Source of the DNA: Catajapyx aquilonaris
Taxonomy: Eukaryota
Direction of reading: 5' to 3'
DNA length: 57,155 bases
NCBI GenBank assembly: GCA_000934665.2
Contig: KZ538636.1
Coordinates: forward strand, 1-57,155
This document shows, piece by piece, positions 11,296 through 24,300 of this stretch. The position numbers and the translations under genes are program-made. The notes under the pieces are model-generated. The model was not told where the DNA came from. It saw only the letters and a list, made by a program, of their open reading frames with translations, and ran no database searches. Within the stretch, counting starts at the first letter, position 1; every line of letters begins with the position of its first letter.

Positions 11296-12182
11296 TTTTT
11301 CGTCTCACACACAATAATACCCCTCTTAAAAAGCATTACATACCTCCCCCAAAAAACAGCACACAAAAAAACTCTCCCAATTGGCCCCCTTCTCGTTCCA
11401 CTACAGCACATGTTGACTCTCCTTGATACCCACTTTATATGCATCCCCGCATGTTGTTGCCCACTTGCAACAATGCGCCAAGGCCCGAAAAAGAAAAACA
11501 CTCCACAACCGAGACAGAGAAAGCCAGCCCCACTGCAAAGCATACTCAATGGCCCCTTTTCATCTGAAGTGCACCGGTAGAGAAAAAAAAGACATGGCAA
11601 GAAAAAGAAGGCGAAAGGAGAAAGAAGAGAGAGAAAAAAAAGCTTCTTCGATTACATTTCCATTATTGGCAGAGCAGGCAAAGCAAGGCAAAGCAGGCGG
11701 TGCAAAATGCCGGATGAGGAGTCCCGGGAGAAGCCTTGGGGAGGTGGATAAAGGAAGGCTCTTTGAGACAGTGAGAACGGGACACGTGTGCGAACCTTTT
11801 CCCTTCGTTTCATTACCATGCACAGGAGAAGGTGGTGGTGGTGGAGCGTTGAGGAAAGGAGGCTTCTTTCGCCTCAAAACGAGGGTTCCTCGTCAAAACC
11901 AAACAAACGGGTGAGCTACAAGGATAATTGCACAGGGAGTGTACAGTACGGGGTTTTAGATTAGGGCATGTGCTGAGTTTTGGAGAGTTTCATGCCCAGT
12001 TTTTTGTAGGGTGGTGACAAAAGTCGTGAGGCGAAAAAGGCGGTTGAGTGGAAGGTCTGCGTTTCTGTTTTTTTTAATATTGTAGGTTTCTGCTTCATAC
12101 CACTAATGGTGGGAATTAGTTTATTTTATTGGTAACAATGGTCCAAGCCACGGTCCAAGCATCGAAACTGTAAGTGAAACTC

Positions 12183-12450
12183 TACCGAAGCAGTGGTGGC
12201 GGAGGGGATATGGTATTCGACTGCTAATCGGGAGGTCCTGGGTTCGAATCCCGGTGCCGGCAACTCTAACCGTGGTTTTCTGTGGTTTCCCACGGTTCCT
12301 CCAGGAGAATTCCGGAGTTGTTTCCAAAACTAATAGGCCACAGCCGCCTCCTTCCTTTCTTATCCCAAAAAGCGCAGTAAAAACGAAACGAAGAGTTCCA
12401 GTCAAAAAAATATCCCCCCTAAAGAGCCGCCGGCTGATAACGGGGTATGA

Positions 12451-12531
<81 letters not shown>
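12183..12531 (+). mobile_element. tRNA-derived SINE, family A, tail type 2, with long (TTA)n tail
   Basis: B box GGTTCGAATCCC; family A body; 16-bp perfect TSD actgtaagtgaaactc at 12167-12182 and 12532-12547. Confidence 0.95.
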
Positions 12532-12533
<2 letters not shown>

Positions 12534-15500
12534 TGTAAGTGAAACTCACATAAATGGTTTCTACATACTGGTAACTTTTCAGGAGGGAATGCCAAGGCTA
12601 TGCTTGTGTAAATTGTGCTGTAATAGGTTGTGGTACTAGATGAAATATTTCTGGAATTTAGCCTTGTGAGTGGGCCAGAGATTCTGGTTTTGTAGAGAAT
12701 GAGGTCGGACTTGTTTACGTGGTGGAACGACCTGTTTCCGCATTAGTATATGCTCTGCGTGACTACATTACAAGAAGTATATGTGTGAGTAACTGGTCAG
12801 TGGTTTTTGGATTATTGCTTCAAGTACTTGAGAAGCAGTGAATATCGCGATGCTTTCTTAATAGCTTAAATTTGGCGATGCAAAAACATCTCTCAGGTTG
12901 CACCGACAGCAGGTGTTTTCAATGGTAGAATAAGCATGACAATATTTGACAGCGTAAAGATCATATTCGTAGTATTAATAGGTATATTCTTTATTTAACC
13001 AAACAGTGGCGGAAACAATACTTGAATCTTGTAACTTGTAAGCCTAAAGTTATATTTTATTGGGTGGTCCAAAAACCACTACTTAGAGAAACACTGCTTC
13101 TCTAATAAGGAAAGAGTAGTTATCTGTAGCAATGAAAAGTAACTCATACCGGTACGTTCTTCGTGTCTGATTGTCCCTGCTCCCATTGTGTGTCCCAACG
13201 ACCCCGTAATTCTCATCCCATATGTACCCAACTAATAATTACAAAATGTCGCTGCATAGTCGTGGGGTAATGAGAGCAATTTTAAATACAAATCATGAAA
13301 TTGCTTTTGCAATTATTAGTAGTTTTATTATTGTGCTCCTGAAAAACTGCCAGCTATTAAAATAAAATTAATTTTTGGTATAGTACCGTATCTATAGTTG
13401 GAAAAACCTGGAGTTTCAGATTAATACCTTAAAAAGGATAAAAGCGACGAAGAAGTGAAGAGACAGGCTGATCTTCGTGCTCTTCCCTGCCCTGGAGGCA
13501 TATAATGACAGACTCGATACCTACATTCAATCCTCCAGTGTAATAATATCGAGAGAATTTGAAAAAAGTCACCACCAACAAAGTGCCTTGCATCATTTGA
13601 AAGGTGCTCTGTCAGCCAACTAATAACCTCCTCTTCCATGCAAAAAAAAATCGCATGAACGCCTCATAAAACCGCGCTTAACCCCATCCATTTTTACCTG
13701 CTTCCCCTGTATACGATTGTAGGACTTCCGATGTAAAGAGCCTGAATATGATTCGCAGCTGTCTGGCTGGCTTAGGAAAGAGACTCCATCCATCCAGCAG
13801 ACACAGGGGGAGCTAAAGCCCAGAAGTGACCCTTTAAAAGGCCGATAAAGTGGTGTAGGAAAAGCGAATGGGGCAATTGAATGGCGAGGCGACAACGTGC
13901 GCCGCTATCCGTTTGAGCCCAGACACATCAAAGGGAACGCACGTGTGGCTTTTTGAACTAACGGTGTTGCTGACGTACAGATTAATTTACTCCTAAGTCC
14001 GCATTAATCCGCCACAATAACAAACCTGCTGCTGACACCGATGATTTTTTTTTCGCCCCCCCCACCCTTCCCCACCCCTTCCCACTCCCCTTTGCCCTCC
14101 TACAATCCAAAGTGTATGAAGTTGAACGTTTGGCCACGGCAGCAACATAATAAGCCGCCTGAAATGATTACTAACAGAATTCAGTTGGGGATAATGGCGG
14201 AACCGCAAGCAGTGCGGGGACTTGCCTCTAAATGTTTCACGCTACATCTGCACCGCTGCAGAACTCACCTGGAAAGGGGGCGGGGGTGGGGGGGGGGNNN
14301 NNNGGGGGGGTGGGGGGGGGGAGATTCAAAAGGACCTGTAGGGAAACTCTGAATGGGGGTACGAGCATCCAACGGGGTCCCAATCAGCTTCCAACTAATC
14401 AGAATGTGCTCTACATTGCTTTGTTGGAATTATTCGACTCGGAGGAATTTTTAGCATCGAGCGAAATGAGCGGGAAAAAGTGTTGTTTGAATGAAATGTA
14501 GGGTAAGATTTTGTTTTTAATGTTCAGATTTAAACTAACTGTATGTTTTGTCGTGACATAATAGAAAGCAAAATTGATGCAGGGACAGGAAAAAAGATAC
14601 TTTCTGTAATTATTGTGCTGGAGTCACGTTATTTAATTACATGCTGATCAATAAAGCTGATATGTGAAACTTATTCATGTAAGTAGAAATATGGTCATTA
14701 AACGCATTTGACGTACCTATTTTTTAAACTGTAATGTAATTGGGTGATATTTTTACTTCAGCACAGATAAGTTGTTCAAATGAATAAAACTCACATGTGT
14801 GTCTATATTTGATAATTTCTTATAAAAAGTGGTTAAACCCACTAGATTCAGCTTCCATTGCAGAGCCATGTGTTAAAATCATATTTTCTACTTTTTAAAA
14901 GTCTTGGACTTAATCTTGTTAGATTTCACATCGTACAAGAAGTTAACAAAGAAGAGAAAACAATACCTATACCAAATATTGTCAATCGGTTTGCTACACC
15001 GCAATCAGAATTATGTAAGCATATATTACTGCCATTCTTGCACTGGGATGCAATTAAGGAAATCCGTATGTGCATAAATCCTACTTCACTGGCTAGAGCC
15101 TGGAAAGTCCTCATCGTGTAATAATTTCTGGTCCGATTGACTCAAAAGTTACTTCTAAGAGAACTTTGTTGGTATTGTAGCAACAACCCACAAACACTAC
15201 AGTTCAAGCCAAGTGAGTCCAAACTGCAACAAAATCTCTATTTTGAATACCGGTACCAAGCAATAAATTCGCGCGGCGCATATTGTGTGGTTTTCCTTGT
15301 CAGACAAGTTCCAGTCATGCGGCCAGAAGCGTGAACCTGACTGTACAGCAATATACTCAAAACAGCAGTAACAGACTGTATATACAACCCCGAGCAAAAA
15401 TTTCGTTGCATCGGTTGAATATTAACATCCTCATTAGGCATATAAACCAAAAAACAAAACAAAAAAAAAATTGAGTCAGCTTGTACAACGTACGCACCAA

Positions 15501-16319
15501 AGGCGAAGGAAATAATAATACTGTCAGCTGCAATGTAATCAGTGATTAATAATACTGTTATGGTTACACACTATTTTTCATTATGCGTCACAATATTATC
15601 AGCCCTCCAGGTACGACCAATTCATCCGAACGCGAATGTAACTCACGTAACGAGCCGCCGCATTTACCCACGAATGGGAAAGGAAGGGTGGTAGTCCGGA
15701 GGGTTAGCCCAACTTGGAGTGGACCAACATTCCCCTGAATTGACACCTGATTGAGGCTGTCAAAAGTGTGTGAGACTCCCCCACTCCCCCACTACCCCCC
15801 TTCCTTTTTAGCCTGCCACCAGTTTACAAACTGAGTGAGGGAGAAAACACAGGCACAGCAGGCTGACAGTATGGGAAAAGTACAGGATGATGAGTGCGGG
15901 GTTTGCGGGGAGTAGGGGGATGGCGGGGGCGGGGAGGGTAGGTAATGGGATGTCTGCTCCAACGACTCCATCTGGGAGGATTACCACGGAACCACTCCCA
16001 TCTGTTTGGTACCCCCCGTCCCTCCCTACCTCCCACAACTTCTACCCCCTCCTCCCCACCCTCCCTTTACTCCTTCATTCGCCAGAGCGCAAAGTCTGCA
16101 ATAACATTATAGCAAAAGGGGGGCCCGGATTCACATTAGCCACCCCTGATTAAACCTTAAGGGGGAATAGGCTCCAGAATCCCACGAGCCTCTCCATTCA
16201 CATGCTTCTTTTACACCTCCAGGTTTTTTTCCATCTAACCTTTAACACCTGTTATACTCTGGTTCTGTCGGCACTGTTCGCACTGAAAAGTTCGGAGGAA
16301 GGCCATACCAGCCCTCGGA

Positions 16320-17036
16320 CACTCCCCCTATAATCAGTTCTTATCGCCTGACGGGGCGTTTTGCCGGAGGTGCTCACTTGAGAGCGCTTGTCGCTGGTAC
16401 AAATAACTTACATGTGGCGACCCTACCGCGCTGAACTTAGGTAGAAGAGAAGTGTCGGTCAAAATTAAGAATCTCATACGAGTAGGCCTAATACTCGTAT
16501 GCGGGGAGGTGTGGTGGCCGAGATGGTAACGTCTCGGCTTGCTGAGTGAAAGGTCCCAGGTTCAATCCCCGCCCCGCCTGGGAGCTACCTTTCGCCTGCG
16601 TCGGGAGGGTCTCTGACCTGCACCTTGGAGGTGTCTGGCAACTTAACCTCCTGGGGAACAGCACATGATCCATAGGGGCCATAGCTACGACATTGCACCT
16701 TGCACCCATGTTCCTTCCCCAAAAATCCCTATCCTTTCCCAATTTCCCTGTTTCCTTGCACCGGAGAATGAAGTTGAAAAATATACAGAAAACTGACGGT
16801 GGTGTGCCACCTCCCTATAGATCCCGTAAGGGACATCACGGGGTAAACAAAATAAAATAAACAAATAAATAAATACTCGTATGAGATTCTTAATTTTGAC
16901 CGACACCTCTCTTCTACCTAAGTTCAGCGTGGTCCGGTAGGGTCGCCACATGTATTTGTATCAGAGCGTATCAGAGACAGGCTCTCTCAAGTGAGCACCT
17001 CCCGCAAAACGCCCCGTCAGGCGATAAGAGGGAGTG
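16320..17036. mobile_element. fold-back MITE (CACTCCC...GGGAGTG ends) interrupted near its apex by a SINE
   Basis: cttatcgcctgacggggcgttttg...aaaattaagaatctcatacgagta (16340-16484) is the reverse complement of tactcgtatgagattcttaatttt...caaaacgccccgtcaggcgataag (16874-17028). No clear TSD. Confidence 0.85.
16502..16871 (+). mobile_element. tRNA-derived SINE, family B, nested in the MITE
   Basis: A box TGGCCGAGATGG and B box GGTTCAATCCC; A-rich (AAAT) tail; 12-bp TSD aatactcgtatg at 16490-16501 and 16872-16883; body unrelated to family A. Confidence 0.9.
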
Positions 17037-17498
17037 ACCAGACCTAAGTATTCTAAGGCCATGGGCCATACCATCAATTCACATCTTTTGCACGGTACAG
17101 CACGGAGGGAGGGGCAAACACTTTTGCCCAATATTCGCAGGGGTCAATTAAACGGCTTTTCAATTTGTCGGTTTTAATTGCTCAAAAGTGCCATAATCAC
17201 ACGGTCACCATTTAGTGCTTGGGCAAATCCTCAGGTTATTTTCGCGCCGGAGGAATCTGCACTTTGCAGTTTTAACCTGGGGATTTTAACCAGTTGATAA
17301 CTATAGACCATCTATGGAGCCAAAATGGCATGTTTCACTCGACTGCAATTTGTGGGCTGGAATTATTTATTCATCAGATAAGTATGACAAGAAAATGGAT
17401 TATTTTACTCATATAAATTTTCGACAAACTGGTTATGAGGCTTTATTGCACAAAATAATATTTATTTCTACTTCATATCTTGTGAGATATGATTTGTA

Positions 17499-17762
17499 GT
17501 TGTAACATAACAGACTTGACCTTTCTCTTATGATTTTACCATGTTACAACCGACTCCAAGGAAGTTGTTACAACCGTCCCCATTGTGTGTTGTCTTGTAG
17601 ACATGCTTACTACTTTTTAACTGTGCACATGATTTGGTCATCTATACCGCAGTGTGACCCCACGACACACGTACTGTGTGAGTTTCAGCTTCATGGCCTT
17701 CCAAACGTATTTATTATTGGCGATGTTACAACCGTACTCTGTTACAACCGACCACGATCTCC
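17499..17762. repeat. four direct copies of TGTTACAACCG plus one inverted partial copy; probable subterminal repeats of a decayed DNA transposon
   Basis: Motif at 17542, 17566, 17724 and 17740; inverted gttgtaaca at 17499. Confidence 0.6.
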
Positions 17763-18839
17763 TTTATTATTAATTGTCCTTTGAGAGCATCAAAATATCA
17801 GTATTTTACCCACCAGAAGAAGGCAATCCTTCAATAGATCAAGCCTGAACAAATACCAATATCCGTCCAGGGCTCGTTTGTAAATCCATCTAATGGTGAG
17901 ATTTGACGTCGAATTGAGCGATCCTTATTTAGAGAGATGAGAGCCATGTGCATAAACACGATGCCGTCAAAACCCACCACGGAGTGATTCCCTCACATGC
18001 GATAAAGGAAGTCTGACGAGCGCCATCTACTTAGCGGAAATACGTCCCCTGCCTATATATTTTTTTTGTCACCACTCTCAGCCTAACAACGCGGCCCGTT
18101 TTACTTAGAATGGAAGACAAAAGTGGAAAGTGGGTGCTCTTCCGTCCGACAGCGATGAAACATTAATAGAACAGCACTTTCCGAACAAAAATACCGCCGC
18201 AGTAATGACTAATGGCGTTTCCATCACAGACTATTCAAATCCCTTTTCGCCGGAAAAAGCTTAAAGTTCGCCAATAAATGACGGTCAACAAATCAAGAGG
18301 AGCTTCCTCTCCAGTTGAAGTATAGGATTAGGTCGCTGTAAGAAATTGTAACAGACATTTTTTAAGTTAATTTTTTAGTAATATTTTAGTAAAATTACCG
18401 TGGATTAGCCTATAGCAGAGTGAGTTTGCTCTGCTTATGTGCCATGCTCACATGTTGTATAAGCAAGGCATAAACGGTCAGTTACCTACGTGAGAGAACG
18501 TTATTGATTGCATATAATTTTTGAGGTATTTATGTTGCACCTGGCATAACTACACAGTGTGCAATGCTGAAGCCCGATAATTTCTCACACTCCAGTTCAA
18601 ACGTGTTATATGTGCAACTGAAATGCGTCACTGCAGTAATGTTAAAGTATCGGTACTTGAACATGGAACTTCAGAATGGATGTGTTGATTGGTGCCTTAG
18701 GAGTCTAGGTAAAGCTATCATGTATAACGTAACAACTTCAACGAAACGCATACATTATCTAGGGGTTGAAAAATTCTATAATAAATTTACTTCGAGTAGG
18801 CTCTAATTCTATAGTGTTCAGTAATGTTTTGAATATCAA

Positions 18840-19034
18840 GAGATACTTGAGGAGGAATCAAAAGCTGTCTTGAATTTCTTCCTCCCGAGTTACGGTTAAG
18901 TAGTTTCATGGTACAATACTGTAGCATACATTCTATGTGAGATGGGCTATAGGAATTCTCCCGAACTAGAGGAATTAACTACTTGCTAACCTACCACAAA
19001 GTAGGGTTGGAACTCAACCAATAACAACAAAAAC

Positions 19035-19098
<64 letters not shown>
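18840..19098 (+). mobile_element. possible 5'-truncated LINE 3' end with (AAT)n tail
   Basis: Short frame EILEEESKAVLNFF resembles the C-terminus of I/Nimb-type ORF2; small stem-loop (aacctac...gtagggtt) followed by (AAC)/(AAT)n at 19021-19098. The microsatellite is certain; the LINE call is weak. Confidence 0.3.
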
Positions 19099-19100
<2 letters not shown>

Positions 19101-19419
19101 CACTGAAAAGGGTTTGTTTAAATTCCTTTTATTTATTTATTTTTTGGAGATTCAGGGCGAGGGAAAAACTATAATTGACAATAACAAAATGTAATCAACA
19201 AAAACAAACCTTGGACAGAATGGGTGCTACCAGGAATAGAATTGAGACTAGAGTCTCAAATGGCAGTCTGGCGCCTGAACTATAGCACCACAAAGCCTCA
19301 GTGGTGCTGCAGTCCTTATGCATTTCATAGAGCAGTGCCACATGGCAAATAATAATTTGTAACGGCTCTTGCCCAATGTTTTACATATTTCATCGTAACA
19401 TGTTATATGTAGGCGATCA

Positions 19420-19695
19420 TATAATAAATAAACAAACAATCAAACAAACAAACACATTATAAATAAATAAATAAATAAACAAACAATCAAACAAACACAT
19501 TATAAATAAATAAATAAATAAATAAACAAACACATTATAAATAAATAATAAATAACACATAACAAATAATAAATAAGTAATAAATAACACATAACAAATA
19601 ATAAATAAATAATAAATAACACAACAAATAATAAATAAATAATAAATAACACATAACAAATAATGAATCAATAATAATAAATAAATAAATAAATA
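19420..19695. repeat. compound AT-rich mini/microsatellite (AAAT/AAAC units with higher-order ataacacataacaaataataaataaat repeats)
   Basis: Directly visible tandem structure. Confidence 0.92.
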
Positions 19696-19849
19696 CCAGT
19701 CTGCATACTCCCATCCTCTTTTTCAAAACCCGACATTAGGCCTACTATCACCGCATAGTTGTTGAGAGATGAAAACATCTCTGTAAACGTCCCTTTCTAT
19801 AAACACATCTTTAACGTACAGGTGGACGGACTTCTGTTTCAAACCTCAC

Positions 19850-20130
19850 TCTCTCCGATGCATCACGAAAGTTATATGCCGCTTAGTTTCAGACTGAGAA
19901 ACTTTGAGTATAGCAATCTTAAAGTTAAGATTTTCTTGAGTTGAAGTCACTCCAGACTCAAGTTGATGGAGAGCTGCCTTCTTCGTTATTGTAACGTGTC
20001 GACAACTTTGAAGCTTCGGAGTTATGTATATGTGTGTCTGTAAAGATGAAGAACATAATGCTCGTGTTGGCTTATATGCGGATTTAATTCCCATGGAAGA
20101 TATGAATTTCAGCTCGCAAAACATGTCTTT
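19850..20130 (-). mobile_element. possible decayed Penelope-like element fragment (linker/GIY-YIG region)
   Basis: Peptides GIKSAYKPTRALCS and SETKRHITF recall the PLE motifs IxxxFKPxxTLxS and YIGETKRxL in the expected order; heavily degenerate. Confidence 0.3.
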
Positions 20131-20629
20131 GATATGATGTCATTGCTGTCATCATTTTATCTTGGCACAAAGGTGTTCTCCCAAAGATGCTACGAAGTAA
20201 CCGTATCTTTTCAACCCACATATTTCCCTTCCTGTTGATTCAAGATTCAGATTTTATCCTGCTTGAAACGGACTTACGTACATTTAGATTGATGTAGGAA
20301 TGTACTGCCGGAGCCAAAAACTCCAGATAATGTTATTCCCGCTATCGCAAGCATCATTTTCACGGTTACATACACCCTTTGTCTCCGGGCCAGACACACA
20401 ACGACTGTCTCTCCGTGCAATCTAGAAGACAAAAGGGCACCCCATTCGAAGGCAAGCACGACTGTGTATTATTATTACACCTGCACCCTATCTTCATACC
20501 CGGAAGTGCTCCGCATTACCAACTCTTGTTGCCCACTTTTTCAACGCACCTTACCTTAAACATCATTAGTTCTAAAAACCAGCAAATCTGTCGGATTAGC
20601 CGAGTCTAAAAACAGTCCACGATATGTGG

Positions 20630-20890
20630 CCGCATATGTGTGTGTGAGGGGGGTAGGTAGACAGAGAGAGCGAACGACGACACTACACCCCGCACACGCA
20701 CGTGTTCCCCATATGTTCCAGGGGCACATGTGTGGATCTGGTATGAGAGAGGGAAAGGCAGGCGGTATGTGGAACGAGAGCGAGAGTGTATAGAGGGCAT
20801 GCAGCTGCCATGAGCGCACAAATCACTCGGGGACAGCTGGAAGAGAATTGTCTTGGCCTGACGCGGAAGAATGGTCGGCAACATGTGCGG
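20630..20890. promoter_or_regulatory. candidate bHLH-regulated enhancer (dense E-box cluster)
   Basis: CATATG 20633, CACGTG 20699, CATATG 20710, CACATG 20725, GCAGCTGC 20801, ACAGCTG 20833, CATGTG 20882; AAATCAC (Senseless/Gfi-type core) at 20820. Confidence 0.5.
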
Positions 20891-21293
20891 TTTCGAGCCA
20901 TATTCCCAATACTAATATTGATTCACCTCCACCCACCCTCACACTCCCACCCACCTTCTATACGCACAACTGCCATTAAAAGAGCCGGGGAAAAACATGC
21001 AATAAGGATCAGGCCGATGCATTTATTTATCCTTGCAGTTGGCTATACAGAGCAAAACCGTAAACCTGAGAGCTAATTTGTCTACAGATGGTTTTCCTGA
21101 TGTAATCACTATTTCTGGCTTGAACCTAGACCTTGCCCTATTTGGCAGGTAAGCTCTTAACTGCAGACTTTAAGAGATAGTTTATGTTTCATTTTAACTC
21201 AGGGAGCAGCATAAATGTGCTACTACAACTGTACACTATAGTGCCTATCCCGACTTCTGATAAAATAATATTAATATTGTGGGTACCGCCAAT

Positions 21294-21329
21294 TAATAAT
21301 AATAATAATAATACTACTAATACTAATAC

Positions 21330-21397
<68 letters not shown>
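21294..21397. repeat. (AAT)n microsatellite with ACT interruptions
   Basis: Directly visible. Confidence 0.97.
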
Positions 21398-21398
<1 letters not shown>

Positions 21399-24300
21399 AG
21401 TGGCTCTATTGCACGGGAAAGACTAACCCTTACTGGCGTGCGGGAGGCGGCAGGGTGAGTGGTGGCTGGGGGAAGCTTGGCTATGTCGCAAAGGCAAGGA
21501 TGCAAAGACTGATTTTTTGGATTTTGGAAGGTGTGTGCCATCTCTTATCAGTAAGAGTGGCTGACGTTGACTTACTCCATACAAAAGGACACGTAGAATA
21601 TTAGTTCCGTAACCTTCGGACACTCTTACCAGGGAAAAAACTTGATTCTATGTGCATCGATAATTGCTAGATGGTGTACTTCCACTTTCAACTATCGCGA
21701 TCTCACCTCTACACAGCAGTTATACCTTCAATCTTCCAGCATTGTTTATCAGCCTAAATTTAAATAGCCCACACAACTAAGCTGAACAAGCATTATAAAG
21801 TTCCTCTCGGCCAGACTGCAACTTTCCCCCCCGTTACAAACAGTGAAAAAAAAACAGGGTTGTGGCAGGTAAGTGCTCTTTACGAAAAAGGTACATAGTT
21901 TGGAAGCGGTTTCGAAACCATGGTGTAGAAGCAGGGCTGGAAGCCAGAATCAGCTTGGCCAGGCCCCAGGTCGGTCTTACACAGAGGCTGGAGAGAGGGG
22001 TGGGTGGGAGGGGAAAAGGAGAGAGACACACACACACAAAAATGTGGCGCACCTGCTGCCCTTCCGATAACAGTAATTCCAGGCCTGTGCGAGGAAACCC
22101 GCCTGAGCGCGGTCTCTATAATTCGGTTCTGGGGGGTCGGAATAAACAGGGACCAGATGGCGGCTTCGATTCGACTAAAGCGGGGAGGTAGGGGATGGAG
22201 CAGGAGTGGGGAGGGCAACGCGGGGCTTTCGGTTTTGCGTTCGATGGCTGCCAGAAAGAATATTTTTTAGGGGGGGAAAATGCCCCGGTGGTGAGGACTG
22301 AAATTAGTTTGTGTGGGAAGAGGTGATGCTGAGGTTGCCATCTTGAGGGAGCCTGGAGGGCACCCCATCTCCCACCGGATTATCAGGGAGTAAAGGCGCC
22401 ACCATGCTTAATCCCTCTGCTCTGGCTCCTGGGACATGCCCGGATATCCAGCTTCACCGCCACTATCCTCTACACCCATACCCCTCCTGCTACCTCACCA
22501 CCCAGGATTAAACACGGAGCCAGTCAATGTGTGTCTAAAGCCCCCCTACAAGGGCTATCTGGCTCTCCGGGAACAATTCCGGGGGCTGCTCAGATAGTTT
22601 CACGCCCCCTAGTTCATCCAGCTCAACCCCGGAAACTTTGCGAGAACAACTTGCACATAACCCCCCCCAAAAAATAATTTAAATGCCTTAATCACAGACT
22701 CGTTGGAGAATATGTCTACCAAATGCTTATCAAATAGGGATAAATTTAATTATAGGCTGATCCGAAACTTTCAGCTAATAATAAGCTGTTGGTGTGAATA
22801 TTTTACGTTCTTGTCCAACCAATCATTTGGGGTGGATAGATGTAGCATTTTGTATGGTGGCAGTTGTGGAACACCCGGTGTCTGTATCAAATTTGAGACA
22901 TATTTTTCGTTTGCTTAACTTTCCTCCCTGCTGTCTGCGTAATTTGCAGGAACCTCCAGAAACTCGATAATTAATTTGAAATCCAAATGACGAAATTGAT
23001 TATTGGATATCGAAGGTGTACGCATTGATAATTTAAAACTTCGGCCGCGAATCAATAGCCGACTTTACGGTTTATTGTATCCATCTTATAGTAAGTTTCT
23101 CTCATCAAGAAATAAATTCCAATTAAGTTTTTCTGCTATAGTCCCTATAGTATGCGCTAGTAGGTAAGTAACGTATGGAAATTATCATATTAGAAAGTCA
23201 AATATTAATACCGCCATAACAGCCTAAGGATTTCCTTATGAGAATATTTTCTTTGAACTTAAATACATTGCGCTATTTTAGTCTGTAATAGATCAGGTTG
23301 TGCATTACAAGAGTGACTAGGTTACCCTGTCCAGCAGAGAAACTTTGAAGCCTGAATATGATTGGCTGTCTGATACACCTGACATTAGGGGGGGAGGGGG
23401 GGGACCAGTGGAAGGCACTGATTGGCTAATCATTCACCACCGAGTGGGCGTTTGTCAAAATAGCAGTTAACTGATTGGTTCACCACTCATCCCTGAGAGG
23501 CCAATTTGTCAAAAGTCACGAAAGCCAACTCCCCAATACCATAAGGGTAACAGTCCCTCATACTATGATATTCATCCGATTATTTCATATATCATTTTGG
23601 AATTTTATAAGCCAAATGTCATGTTGAAAGCACTCTTACGACTGTAATTCATTCCATTTCTCGCATTGTACCCACGTTCCAAGCGGCTGCATCACTAACG
23701 TGATTCTAACCTAAGCCCCTGTTGACTGCACGCAGTCTGCACGCAGTAGTGCCCATGATGCCTCTACTAAAACTATCACCCAATAGCAAAGCCCTGTCTG
23801 TTATATGAAAGGCTAGCCACAGAACAAATGCAAGCAACAAAAAAAAATTATAAGCGCATATTATAAAATCCAGAATGCAACCTGTTGTGCATGGTGGTCC
23901 AGAGTGGGTCTTAAAGGGCTCATATCCCCACACGCAACTATGCTAGAATCGGCTTAATCTCTGGCCCCTGTGCAGTGTACAAAACCTGCACCAGCTGCAA
24001 TCACCGTTCTGTTTTCCTGTTCGGATTTGCGGATTTGCCCGATCATTGACAACGAGTGTAGGTGAGGCGAACAGGGTGGGGGTGAGGGAGTGTTGGTAGT
24101 GCGTGGGAGTGTGTGGGTGGGTGGACTACATGAGGGAGGGAAGAGGTGGGGATATACCAGCCCGTTTTTCCCACACATGAGAGAGGGAAGGGCACAGGCG
24201 ACATGTACGCGGCGAATCTAATGCATTATGGCCCACGACAACTGCCCTGATAATTGACTGTGGTAATGATGCACCCAATGCTCTAGGCCTGCAACTGCGG

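Noticed and set aside
17542..17750. Repeated TGTTACAACCG as a CRISPR-like array
   Set aside because: Only 11 bp, irregular spacing, eukaryotic context and no cas genes; better explained as transposon subterminal repeats.
13739..23372. Shared 15-mer agcctgaatatgatt at 13739 and 23349
   Set aside because: About one exact 15-mer pair is expected by chance in 57 kb, and the flanks do not align further.
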